The notes beneath the pieces were generated by a model that did not search any database, was not told the DNA's origin, and saw only the letters and a program-made list of their open reading frames with translations. A DNA stretch of 64,000 nucleotides from Felis catus (Eukaryota), in assembly GCF_018350175.1 (NCBI RefSeq), contig NC_058368.1:158970001-159034000 (forward strand). The letters run 5' to 3'. Position numbers and translations under genes: made by a program. Each line of letters begins with the position of its first letter. The first letter of the stretch is position 1. Shown piece by piece: positions 1-12,221 of the stretch.

Positions 1-200
1 GGTAAGCTTTTGAAATTTTATGAACAGTGTTTTAATCCTTTGAATCCACATTGTTTAGAACTTCATTCCAGAAGAGGGTATTTACTCTGTATTTGTAAAA
101 CTAACAGCACTGGGATGTTCTTCACGCCGAAAGGAAAAATCTTCCTCTAATGTAAATTTCCTTTAATTACTCTTGAAGATAGCAGAAAAACTACTTGGAA

Positions 201-422
201 ATTAAATTTAAAAATTTAATGTTTATTTATTTTTGAGAAAGCGTGAGACAAAGAGTGTGAACAGGGGAGGGGCAGAGAGAGAGGGAGACACAGAGTCCAA
301 AGCAGGCTTCAGGTCCCGAGCTGTCAGCACAGAGCCCGGCACAGGGTTCCAACCCATGAACCATGAGATCATGACCTAAGCCTAAGTCAGACACGTAACT
401 GACTGACCTACCCAGGTGCCCT
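201..422 (-). mobile_element. Can-SINE (SINEC_Fc-like)
   Basis: Reverse complement of the tRNA-derived head, (CT)n region and AATAAA/A tail; TSD ACTACTTGGAA at 190-200 and 423-433. Confidence 0.95.
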
Positions 423-729
423 ACTACTTGGAAGTTTTAAATAGCTACTATTATTCTTTGTCTCTAAAAGAGAGTTAAAAATGACTTAAAGTCCAGATTC
501 TTTGAGGTAGTTTCATATATTTCTGATAGAACTGTAAGTATCTAGTTTCTGATGAGAACATTCCAAACATTCCCATTTCTCCTCTAATTTAAAAATGTTG
601 ACAGCAGGCATATTCCCATGATGACTCCAGAATAGTTAAATCTTATTCTTACCTTGGTTATGTGCACATAGGAAAAATGTAAAGGGATAGATGATTAACT
701 TTGTAGTGGCCCCTTTAGATCACCCAGCT

Positions 730-830
730 CAGTCCCCATTTTGCAGATGAAAGAACTGAGATCTTTAAAGCTTAGGTGACTGTCTTCATGACGAAAAGTA
801 AATTAATTGGAGAATCAGATCTTATCTGCT
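730..830 (-). mobile_element. MIR fragment
   Basis: CCCCATTTTGCAGATGAAAGAACTGAG resembles the reverse-complemented MIR core. Confidence 0.6.
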
Positions 831-937
831 TTTTTTCCTACAAAACTGTCTCTACAGAATATTAGATCTATGGCCCAGAAGAAAACTTAGGTACTTAGGT
901 CTTAGTTCTAATTTCTCTTATATGTAGTTTGTACATC

Positions 938-1062
938 ATATATATATATATACACACACAATATATGCATACAATATCATACAATATACATACAATATCA
1001 TAATATATGATATATATGTATATACATATATATATGTATATATCATAAATGTGTGTGTGTAT
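938..1062. repeat. (TA)n/(CA)n-rich low-complexity tract
   Basis: Degenerate TA and CA dinucleotide repeats; explains the 895-1098 ORF. Confidence 0.85.
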
Positions 1063-1551
1063 AATTACTTTTAAAATTAGGATATCTAAACAGATCATGT
1101 GTAAGTCTTCTCCACACTTCTAACTTCTATGATATATAATTTTTAAAATAATATGCTGGATTTATAATTAAAATTCCAATAAATGCTATGAGTAAATATT
1201 CTCATTCATATTGCATTTATTTTTCACTTTTGAATGTATTTAATGAAAACAGAATTGTTAATTTAGGATGGGACTTTGAAATTACTAAAAAAGGCACAAA
1301 GAACTAGGAAATGTGAATCATTCTTGCCCTGTATTTGTTTTTCACCAAAATTCTACACTGATTTCTTCTGTCCTGTTTAAATGAAAATTAACACTCTGAA
1401 GTGTCACACGTGACCTACTTGAGTTTGCCTAACTTGACATGGAACCCATGGTTATCAAGGATTTTAGAAAATCTTCAAATGGTTTCTTGTCAAAGAGAAA
1501 GAGTGAATGAGAGAAGGGGGGGGTTGAGCAAAGGTATTTTGTCCATGCAAT

Positions 1552-2037
1552 TCTTTTTTTCTAATTGAAGTTTAGTTGTCAAACAATATTCCATTACTTT
1601 CAGATGTACAACATAGTGTTTTGATGTTTATATACATTATACAATGCCTATCACCATAAGTGTAGTTACTATATGTATGTCACTATGCAAAGGTATTAAA
1701 GTACTATTGACTACATTCCCTATGTTGTACTTTCATCCCCATGACTTACTATATTACTGAAAGTTTGTACCTCTTAATCCCTTCACCTATTTTGCCTGTC
1801 CCCCCACTCAACTCCCCTCTAGCAACCACTAGTTTGTTCTATTTGTGAGTCTGTTTCTATTTTGTTTGTTCTTTTTTTTTTTTTTTTTTACACTCACATA
1901 TAAGTGAAAGGATATGGTATTTGTCTTTTTTTGTTTGACTTATTTCATTTAACACGATACCCTCTAAGTCTGCCCATAATGTCATAAATGGCAAGATCTC
2001 ATTCTTTTTTATGACTAATATTCCATTATATATATGT

Positions 2038-2073
<36 letters not shown>

Positions 2074-3350
2074 CACATCTTTACCTATTCATGTATTGAT
2101 GGACACTGGTTATTTCAGTATCTTGCCTATTGTTAGTAGTGCTGCAATAAACATAAGGGTTCATATATCTTTTTGAATTAATGTTTTTGTTTTCTTTGGA
2201 TAAATATGTAGTAGTGGAATTAAGGGATCACAAAGTATTTGTATTTTTAATTCTTTGAGGAACCTCCGTAGTGTTTTCCACAGTGCCTATTATCAGTGTA
2301 CATTCCCACCAACAGTGCATGAGGATTCTTTTTTCTCCCTATCTTTGGCAACACTTGTTATTTTTTGTCTTTTTTATTTTAGCCATTCTGACAGATGTAA
2401 GATGAGATCTCATTGTTGTTTTGATTGCGTTTACCTGAAGATGAGTGACATCGAGCATCTTTCCTGTGTCTATTGGCCGTCTGTATGTCTTCTTTGAAAA
2501 AAAATGTCTATTAGGATCCTCTATTTTTAACTGGATTATTTGTGTGGTTTTTTGATGTTGAGTTGTATAAGTTCTTTGAATATTTTGGATAAGAACCCCT
2601 TATCAGATATATTACTTGCAAATATCTTCTACTTCTTCCAAATATCTTGTATTCATTAGGTGGCCTGTTTATTTCGTTGATGGTTTCCTTCAGTGTGCAA
2701 AAGACAAAAAACATTGTATACATACAATGTTGGTGTAGTCCCAATATTTTTTTTTTTTTTTGCTTTTGTCTCCCTTGCCTTAGGAGACTTATCTAGAAAA
2801 ATGTTGATACTGCCAGTGTCAAAGAAATTATTGTCTATGTTTTCTTCTAAGAGTATTATGGTTTTAGGTTTCACATTTAGGTCTTTAATCCATTTGGAGT
2901 TAATTTTTGTATATAGTGTAAGAAAGTGGTCCAGTTTCATTTTTTTGCATGTAGCTTTCCAGTTTTCCCATCACCATTTATTGAAGAGATTATTTTCCTC
3001 CTGCCCCCATTTATTCTTGCCTACTTTGTCATAGATTAATTGATGAGATAAGTGAGAGTTTATTTATGGGCTTTCTATTCTGTTCCATTGATCTAAGTGT
3101 CTATTTTGGTGCCAGTACCTACTGTTTTGATTACTATAGCTTTGTAGCATATCTTGAAATCTGGAATTGTAATAGCTCAGGCTTTGTTATTTTTTCTCAA
3201 GATTACTTTGGATATTCAGGGTCTTTTGTAGTTACAGAAAATTTTAACATTATTTGTTCTAGTTGTTTGAAGAATGCTGTTGGTATATTGATAAGGATTG
3301 CATTAAATCTGTAGATTGCATTGGGTAGTAAGGACATTTTGACAATATTC
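1552..3350 (-). mobile_element. 5'-truncated older carnivore LINE-1 (ORF2 C-terminal region plus 3' UTR)
   Basis: T-tract at 1552, L1 3' UTR, and ORF2 remnants [23 protein letters not shown] and KKNEILPFMTLWADLEGIVLNEISQTKKDKY; internal (CA)n at about 2039-2070. Confidence 0.95.
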
Positions 3351-4602
3351 TTTGTCTAGTGAAATTCTTGATTGAATTAGTAAAGAGCAAAAATGCTTAT
3401 TCTAAAAGTAGATGTACAAATACTAAAAATATAGAGCATATTTTTTCGTATCTCTTAAAACAAGCATGTTATAAAACAGAACATTATTAGATTTCTTACT
3501 GCTTTGGATTTTGAGGCATATAATTTTTTTCTTTTCTATATTTCTTCATACTATTATACATTTTTGATATTTCTACTTTTATAACAATGCTAATATGTGC
3601 TGATACCTCTTTTTTTCCAAAACCTATACCTTGATTTCTTCATTATAGCCACTCATGTCCTATCTCCTTACCTTCACTTCCTTAGTCCTAGGCTTATATG
3701 CCACTGCCAAAATTTTGTCAAGATTTCTTCATATGTAGAGGATTCAAATCTCACATTCCTCCCCTATCATTGCTAAGTTTAGACCATTCTGTGATTTCCT
3801 GTTGCTTGTCAAATTATATTTTAAGATTTTAAAATATAAAATTTGGATTGGATTTTATTGGATTATTATTTCCTTGCTGTGCTTTATCCTTTATTTCAGC
3901 CTAACTTCAGTATTTTTGAAATTATGAAGCACAACTAGACGAGGTGGCCCAGGGATCTGTGTTATAAATAAGTGAATCTGATATTACCAGTCCACAGACA
4001 AATGTTGGAAAATAGTGATGGAGAATACCTGCTTAGGCAAAGCTTATTCTTGACCTTATTGAGACCTACTTAATTTCGATCCCTAAAGGCCATCACTCAT
4101 TAAAATTGAGAAAGAAGAAAAATTCCTCTAGAAAAGTCAAATGCTCCTATATCCTTTTTCTGTCCTCCAAAGTCCTTTAGGTGCCTTATGATATAACACT
4201 GTTTCCTGGTCATACAAGATTCCCTAAATCACATCCCTTCTGGGATTACCCCATTTTATCTGTTCTGTTCCTTTTAGTATTCTTATGTCTTTTATCCAGT
4301 TCAAAGTTCTGTGTCCTTTGCTTCAAAAGCAACCAAATTTGAGGACATTACATACTCTCATGTACTTTGTATGGTAGACGCTGAACATGTATAGGTCTCT
4401 CTTGTCTGAGTGTTTGTTCCATGAGTGTTGCTAGTCAGAAAGCCTACTGGCCAGAAACTACATAATTCACATTATGTCAGTACAATTTGGGGGCTACACG
4501 AGTAGTTTTGAAGTACCAAATTAAGAGTACTAGTAGTGAGTGAACCAAGGACTTGTTTCTAAAAGAAAGTATCCATCAATCTCAGCTATTTATTTTATTC
4601 AC

Positions 4603-4803
4603 TTTTTTAAAAGTTTATTTATTTTGAGAGAGACTGAGCATGAGTAGGGGAAGGTCAGAGAGAGAGGAGACAGAGAATCCCAAGGAGGCTCTGTGCTGCC
4701 AGCCCAGAGACCCACCAAGGCCCCTACTCATGAAACTATGAGATCATGCCCTGAGCTGAAACCGAGATTCGGATGTTTAACAGACTGAGCCATCTAAGTG
4801 CCT
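4603..4803 (-). mobile_element. Can-SINE (older, diverged)
   Basis: SINE consensus in reverse; degenerate TSD TATTTTATTCACTTT / TATATTACTCATTT. Confidence 0.9.
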
Positions 4804-5740
4804 TATATTACTCATTTCTTGAAGAACCTCTTTGTTTTTTGGGTTTTTTTTTCTTAAAAGGATCAAATATGATTTTAAGGTTTGTTTTGTTTTTAACTGA
4901 ATGGAATATTTTACCTATTATTTTAAGTAAAGAAATCTATAGTTCAGGATTTAGATATGAGATCAACATTTGTAATGATTTTTTTTAACAAGCCTGTGAA
5001 GCCCAAACTGTCTATATCCTGATTCCCCAGGTCCCCTCACATCCTTTATGCAATATTCTAATAAGAATTGGCTGTGAAACATTAATCGGAGCCACCCTTG
5101 AGGATGATTTTTCATGGAGATTCTGAAAAAAAAATATGGTAATACAGCAATGCTGCCTAATGACCTGCCCTTGAACTTTGATTCTTTCAAGACGTTGCAG
5201 ATAAAATAGATGTCCAAAGAAAACTTCCAGAATTAGAATGACTATTAAAATTATTGGCTAAATACTATCAGTACTGAAGAGTGGATACTTTAACCTTTAG
5301 CAGGAAGGCAAATGTTCATCCTATGCACATGTAGAAAGTGGTTTTTTGACTCTGTCTGCCTTTTAATGGAGGATGCTTCAAGTATTTTTCAAGGATGCAA
5401 CTTTGTTCTTCTGACTCCACATGCAGTTCATTAGTATGTAAATTGTTCATTCTTCGATTTGGAACTGAGTAGAGGTCAACATGTAACATATCTTGCTTTG
5501 CATTTAATGGGCTTTTCTATTAAAGGCTTAAGGAAATATGCTTAATAGAATAACCCATGGGGAAGATAAATATGTTTTTTAATGTTGAACATTTTTATTA
5601 CAATAAAACAAAAATACTGGTGGGTGAACATTCTGGTTCATTAATACATGGATAATGTCTAAATCCCTCAAAATATAAAAACGTTCAATTGAACTTGATA
5701 TAGAAAAATAGGGTAGAAGAGAGGAATGATTAAAAGTATA

Positions 5741-6212
5741 AGCCAAAATTATGTAAAGAGACTAAATGTCCATCAACTGATGAATGGATTAAGAAGATGT
5801 GATATAAATGCACAATGGAATACTACTCAGCAATGAAAAAGAATGAAATCTTGCCATTTGCAACAACATGCATGGAACTGGAAGGAATAAGTCAGTCAGA
5901 GAAATTATAGAAGGGCATATCATATGATTTCATGCATATGTGGGATTTGAGAAACTCAACAGATGCACATAGGGGAGGGGATGGGAAGATAAGATAAAAA
6001 CAGAGAGGAAGATAAACCATAAGGACTCTTAAATACACAGAACAAACTGAGGGTTGATGGAGATGAGGTGGGATAGAGAAAATGGGTGATGGGCATTAAG
6101 GAGAGCACTTGTTGGGATGAGCACTGGGTGTTATATGTAAGTGATGAATCACTGGATTCTACTCCTGAAGCCAAGATTACACTATATGTTAACTAACAAA
6201 TGAAAAAAAAAT
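5741..6212 (+). mobile_element. LINE-1 3' end fragment
   Basis: AAATGTCCATCAACTGATGAATGG...GAAATCTTGCCATTTGCAACAAC ORF2 end, carnivore 3' UTR and A tail. Confidence 0.93.
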
Positions 6213-6255
6213 AAAAGTGATATAAGCAAACAAATAAACAAAAGAGTTCAGGCCA

Positions 6256-6474
6256 GAGGTGCTTGGGTGACTCAGTTGATTAATCATCCAACTCTTGATT
6301 TCGGTTCAGGTCATGTCTCACGATTAATGAGATTGAGCCCCACATCGGGGCTGTACACTGATAGCACACAGCCTGTTTGGGATTCTTTCTCTGCCCTTCC
6401 CCTGTGTGTGCACATGTCTGTGCACACATGCTCTCTGTCTCTGTCTCAAAATAAACAAAGGAACATTAAAAAAA
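6256..6474 (+). mobile_element. Can-SINE (older)
   Basis: Diverged head GGTGCTTGGGTGACTCAG, CT tract, AATAAA; short TSD CAGGCCA. Confidence 0.9.
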
Positions 6475-6499
6475 TGCAGGCCAAATCAGGTAACAGCCA

Positions 6500-6890
6500 T
6501 TTGGATCATGACTGTTATTTATAGGTTGTTTGAAGTTGGGAAAACCCCTTGATCTTTCTGTGCATTGTTTTGTCATTAAATAAAGGATAATTAATATTAC
6601 CTGTTTCATAAGACTCTTTGAGGGTTAAACTGCTTAGAACAGCTTCTGGTATGTAGTAGACAGTGGTGTGCTGGTAAATGGTTAACAAGTGGCTCTCCAA
6701 ACAGAAGTTCTGATTTACAATGTTTGACAATTTCTGCGGAGTAAATACTCCCACCCTGGAGCAAATACCCTCAATATAATATCACTGGAGGCTCATTTGG
6801 AAAGCGATATGCACAACTGGCGCTCATTACCCTATGTAAGCCATCTCCAGCACATCATTGATAGTAAACTTTAAATGAATCTTATTGTCT
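6500..6890 (+). mobile_element. MIR, interrupted by a hAT MITE
   Basis: MIR 3' half (TGCTTAGAACAGCTTCTGGTATGTAGTA...) resumes after 6860. Confidence 0.55.
6661..6860. mobile_element. Non-autonomous hAT DNA transposon (MER63-like)
   Basis: TIRs CAGTGGTGTGCTGG / CCAGCACATCATTG; 8-bp degenerate TSD GTAGTAGA / ATAGTAAA. Confidence 0.8.
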
Positions 6891-7451
6891 TCATATTAAA
6901 ATAATAGAAGACACTTAAGGACTTTTAACCCAATCAGATGTGCCCTATATTATGACTTTTTATTTTGATGGCATATTTAGCTTGTGATTTACTACATAAA
7001 AGTGCAATATGCAATACACATTTGCTCTAGTTTCTCTGGTAGGATTATTATCCTAAATTTAAATTCTGTATTTTGATTTATTAGTTTGCAAGCCACCTCT
7101 TAATTTACATTACTGTGTTTACCTAACATTTGCATCTTCCAAGTTCAGTGTATTTACATTTTTCATGGTGATGTCTCCCCACTGGAGTTTTACTTTTTAT
7201 TTATGTTCTCATTGTCAGTCATCATCAACTTTGAAATGAAAGAGATAAAGGAACAGCTTGTTTAGTTAATGCCTTCCAAATGAGGAAGCAACTGCCCATT
7301 TATTGGACTGTGAGTTCTCAGTAGGCTTCCCAGGGTAAGCCTCTATGCAAGCATCTCTACCAGTTTCAAGCAATGTATAGCTCACTCCTCCTCCTTTCTA
7401 GGACAACCCTTTTTTTTTTCCCAATGGTTAAATATGCTTATAATTAATTTG

Positions 7452-7571
7452 TTTTCTTTTTTTTAATATGAAATTATTGTCAAATTGGTTTCCATACAAC
7501 ACCCTGTGCTCCTCCCAACAGGTGCCCTCCTCAATGCCCATCACCCACCCTCCCCTCCCTCCCACTCCCCA
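7452..7571 (-). mobile_element. Very short L1 3' stub
   Basis: Aligns to 16014-16137 of the full-length L1. Confidence 0.93.
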
Positions 7572-8229
7572 TAGGACAGCTTTTTGAGAGTGAAGAATCC
7601 GCATCTCTGAGAGCCTCATCTTGCAGAGTGGCAGTAATGTTTTTTTTTTGGTCTAAAAATGCAGGCTAATTAACATACCAAGTCAGAACAGGTAACTACA
7701 AAAAGAGGGTTCAAAATGTGCACATCAAAACTTAGCTTAGGTGTTAACAAAAGAAATTACCTTTATGCTGAGATTAGACAAAATACTATACAAATTAATA
7801 GCAAAACTCTCATGCTAGAACTGTACCAAGTTTTCTTCAGAACAGTGAGAACAAATAATTTATTTGGAGACTGATATTGTAAATATGAAAGTATATAACT
7901 GACACTTCTTTGGAGTTTAGATATACACAGCTGTCTATGACACTGCTATCTTGGCCTGATTCCCAGCTGGAACCAGGAGGTGTGTATCATTCAAGCTGGA
8001 TTTTCATGATTTTAAAAAGAAATTTATAGTTCTCTTAAGTAAAGAGAGTCTCACTAGTAGATTTTGGAGAACGGTTCAGAGGAGTTTGGGAGAGGCAGGC
8101 CGTTTTGCTTTCCAAGTCACTCGCACTTTATCTTCAGAAACTTACAGGGTTGCTTTAGAGATATCTCTACCCAGCTAAGGTGACAAGGGCCAAGGCAGAG
8201 CTATCTTAAGTTTTATTTTTCAGCGGTTG

Positions 8230-8440
8230 CTAATAGTATTAGTGGCAATTATGGAGCCTCTATTATGTGTCAGGCATTTGTCAAAACTACTTATCTCCAC
8301 AGCAACTCTGTCAGGTAGATTGCTATTATTATATCAAATTTACCAGCGGGTAAAATGAGGTTAAAAAAAACCAAAACAAAACATTTGTTAATTTGCCAAA
8401 GGTTATGGTTACTAGTGAGGAAACCTACTTTTCCAATTTC
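8230..8440 (-). mobile_element. MIR
   Basis: TATGTGTCAGGCA...CAGCAACTCTGTCAGGTAG...ATGAGG...AATTTGCCAAAGGT pattern. Confidence 0.7.
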
Positions 8441-8578
8441 AATCTATGTTTCCACAGACATCTTTCTTCTTCGATGTCACACTGTCTCCAGTAAGACGTT
8501 GAAAAACAAGACTTATTTTAGAATTTATCTTCAAATACTTGTGAGTTGTAATTTTTTTTTCTTAAAAACATCTCACTT

Positions 8579-8796
8579 GGGGCGCCTGGGTGGCACAGTC
8601 GGTTAAGCGTCCAACTTCAGCCAGGTCACGATCTCGCGGTCCATGAGTTCGAGCCCCGCGTCAGGCTCTAGGCTGATGGCTCGGAGCCTGGAGCCTGTTT
8701 CCGATTCTGTCTCCCTCTCTCTCTGCCCCTCCCCCGTTCATGCTCTGTCTCCCTCTGTCCCAAAAATAAATAAACGTTGAAAAAAAAATTAAAAAA
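8579..8796 (+). mobile_element. Can-SINE, young felid subfamily
   Basis: CpG-rich GGGGCGCCTGGGTGG head, diagnostic CAGCCAGGTCACGATC; TSD AAAAACATCTCAC. Confidence 0.97.
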
Positions 8797-10247
8797 AAAA
8801 ACATCTCACCAATTTTAGGAAGCAATGTCTATTTTTCAAATTCTGTCACTCTTTTCTGTTACACTGTACCAAATAAATAAATAAATAAATAAATATCAAG
8901 AGTGAAGATGGCAGATTTGAAGTGTAAGAACAGAAAAGATGAACTTAGAAATGTACAATATGAGGAAATGCCTATGTTATCACAGAAACAACAAAGCATA
9001 GGTCTGCAGCTGTGATTCTGCATGGAAAAATAACTACTATTCATAAACACTTGCATTCTAGAAACACAACTTATAAAGCCAAGATGTTGCTTATTCTTTA
9101 AATTAGTTACAATTTCAAGGGTATATGAAAGAAAAACTGTATTTGGTGAGTATTGGAGTTATTTGGGGGATTATTTCAATATTATTTGGAAAAACAAATG
9201 ATTTTGAAAACAGTCACCAGTCAGAATCAACTTTTCTATTTCAGAAGAAAGTAACTTTAGAAAGCTCATATTGCTAAAACACACAATGATCCCTATTGTG
9301 TCAAAATTGTGTCACTTGGAGTCAATCAGTTCAAACAGCCAACCCAAGGTAGCTACCCTATTTCATAGAATCTAAGAAAGTACAACACAGCAATAGAATA
9401 CTTGGCACACTTTGATGAGAAACTCATTAATTTAACTCTCCTTTTGTGTGTTAAGAACTGATGGCTTCCTATCTTTGCCTGAACCATTTAAAATATAAAT
9501 GGAAAAGCTAAATCTGTTGTGGCATGTGTTGCATAATAGAACCAGGGACAATTGCTTCTCTGGGGCCACTGTATAGGGAGGATGAAAAGAAAATCCTGGT
9601 AAAGCATCTGAAAGAAGTAAGTCAACAAGTATCTTGGCAAGACCATTCAGAGGCTATTGTGAGCCAATGGTTGAGTGAATGGTGGCATACAAGTTAGCAT
9701 TGGGCAAATGGCAAAGGTCACTTTGACATGAAGACCACTTTTACCAGTTATCCTCAGATGATTATTTAAATTATTCAAAGCTCTGCTGCTTTAAAAGTAC
9801 TTGTTTTTAAACCTATGAATGATCTAGCTTTAATTCCAATTCTCATTTTAGGAAAGCAAATTCAAAAGCATTTTTGCAGGAGATAGGATAGATTATGCAT
9901 AATAAGCACTATGTAACAATTAAGTTTCAAAGCTGAAAATGTAGAACAGAATACTATAGGCTTTTTTTCCCCTGTTTTCACATATCATACCTTGTCCTTC
10001 AGAGCAAGGGTTTGACAGGTCTTAGTCAAAAATCTCTGGCAGCAATACTTCTCCTGAGATGTGGATTTAAACGTTCTTCATAATTATGGAATTTTATATC
10101 AAAGACAGTAGTTTAAAAACCCCAAAACTTTGGACACATTATTGGAGAGGCTTAAAAACCCCAAAGTATCTAAAATTTTCCTTGCTAATTAACAATAAAT
10201 CTGGTGGGAGGCTAAATCCTCAGATTTCTTTTTCTTCTTTATTTATT

Positions 10248-10249
<2 letters not shown>

Positions 10250-10293
<44 letters not shown>
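10250..10293. repeat. (CT)n microsatellite
   Basis: Perfect dinucleotide run. Confidence 0.95.
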
Positions 10294-10298
<5 letters not shown>

Positions 10299-10859
10299 CT
10301 TTTTCTTTTTCTTTTCTTCCCTCCTGGGCTTAGGTCTCTGAACTCTAGCTAATTTGCAAGGATGAATTATACGTTTCAGAGAAGTTGATAGGAATTTCTG
10401 AAGTGTGAATATTAAAAAGGTGAAAAATCTTTTTCAGACATTTTTGAAATACAGTTTTAAAGTCAGTTTCATGTGGGTTGGATCCATAGAATACATATCA
10501 ACGAAAAAAATTTCTGTGGTAATAAGTCAAGAATGTAGATATATAGAATAATAGGTAATTCTGGATATTAAGTTAACTGATAAAGTGTCAACTTTTTTAG
10601 GGATAATAGCATTATTTACTCTTAATTTGTTTAATTGAAATGTATTAAATGTATACCCCAAGTAGAGTCCTGAAAGACCTGAGCTTAATTTAAGCCTATC
10701 TATTTAATCCTTGATTACATAATGTCTAGTATTGCTGCCAATTTATTCTGTTCCACTCTTGGCTCCCTGGGAAAATCATGCGCTTCCTGAGGGTAAGAAT
10801 TTGCTCTTACATTACTGTTGTACTTTCATGGCATCTCACACTGAATCTTGGATATAGAA

Positions 10860-11585
10860 TGATGGGGTTTTGGGGTGATGGTGGGGTGGCCTGGAGCCAA
10901 CGGCCAGGAAAGAATGCTTGAAGACACCTTTGGTGCAAAATGGTGATTTTATTAAAGCATGGAGACAGGACCCGTGGCCAGAAGAGCTGCACTGGGGTTG
11001 TGATGGGTAACTGATTATATACCCTTAGGTTTGGAGGGTATTAGGGATAGAGTTAAGTCTCTAAGGTATTTTGGAAACAATGTTTCCAGGACCTTGAGGG
11101 GCTAACTGCTGTTAGGAAAACACCATTTATTACCATTTAGTAAAAACTCGGTCAAGAGACCCTTCAGATGTATATCAGGGGGCCATAAACTTGGAGTATG
11201 ATTGCCAGCATATATCTTGAGGGAGTTGAGATAAATTTCCAAAGGAAATTTTATATGTTAAAATTTACTTCTAGGTCTTGGGGGATCACAATAATGTTAA
11301 GCCAGGATTCCTTTTTGTGCCTAGCAAAGTGTGATCAGTGAGGCAGCTGAGCCCCTAGAGGGAGGTCACTGCCTCTTTCAAGGACTTGTCAATGGGTTGT
11401 AGGCAGTAGGGAATTTAATTTTTCATTTGCCTTTGTTTCCCATATCACCATAACAAGCACCTAAACCCCTTTCCTTTGTTCTTGGGTAGCCAGGAGTGTC
11501 TGAGGAATATCCCACATATTCCACCTAGTTGGGGAGTGCTATTAGCCTGTACTTTGCCCTCAGCTTGCCCCATGCACCCTCATCA
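10860..11585 (-). mobile_element. Solo ERV LTR (carnivore CarLTR-like)
   Basis: TGATG...CATCA inverted termini; 5-bp flanks TAGAA / TGGAA; minus-strand TATA-like motif near 11015-11021 and AATAAA near 10948-10953. Confidence 0.85.
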
Positions 11586-11663
11586 TGGAATATGGTTAGT
11601 AGTAACTGATTGCCTATTTTGATTAAATCTTGAATTCCACACAGTGTGTATTCTGTACAGTGA

Positions 11664-11664
<1 letters not shown>

Positions 11665-11704
<40 letters not shown>

Positions 11705-11962
11705 ATTTATAAATATATATATAAATATATAAATATATTTAAATATATATATTATTATATATTATATATTATATATATTATATATAATATATAATATATT
11801 ATATATATTATATATTATATAATATATAATATATTATATATTATATATTATATATTATATATTATATATTATATATTATATATTATATATTATATTATAT
11901 ATTATATATTATATATTATTATATATTATATATTATATATATAAATATATATAAATATATAA

Positions 11963-11996
<34 letters not shown>

Positions 11997-12000
11997 TTTA
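11665..12000. repeat. Pure-AT tract, (TA)n/(TATAT)n/(TAAATA)n
   Basis: About 335 bp with no G or C. Confidence 0.95.
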
Positions 12001-12034
12001 ATTATGATACATTTTCTACATCACAGCCCAAGCC

Positions 12035-12221
12035 TAGGTCACCCATTTTTTGTAAATAAAGTTTGACAGGAGCACCGTCATACCCATTCATTTGTGTATT
12101 GTCTATAGCTTCTTTCACATTGCTATGGCAGAGTTCAGTAGATGGGACAGAAAACTTACAGCCCACCAAGCCAAAGTATTTGCTATCTGGCATTTGTAGG
12201 ATTAGAGAATTGCCAACCTCT
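12035..12221 (+). mobile_element. MER58-like hAT-Charlie MITE
   Basis: TTTTGTAAATAAAGTTT...CCCATTCATTTGTGTATTGTCTAT...GCCAAAGTATTTGCTATCTGG...TTGCCAACCTCT. Confidence 0.8.

Noticed and set aside
8579..8660. SINE heads as tRNA genes
   Set aside because: tRNA-derived only; followed by SINE body, tail and TSD.
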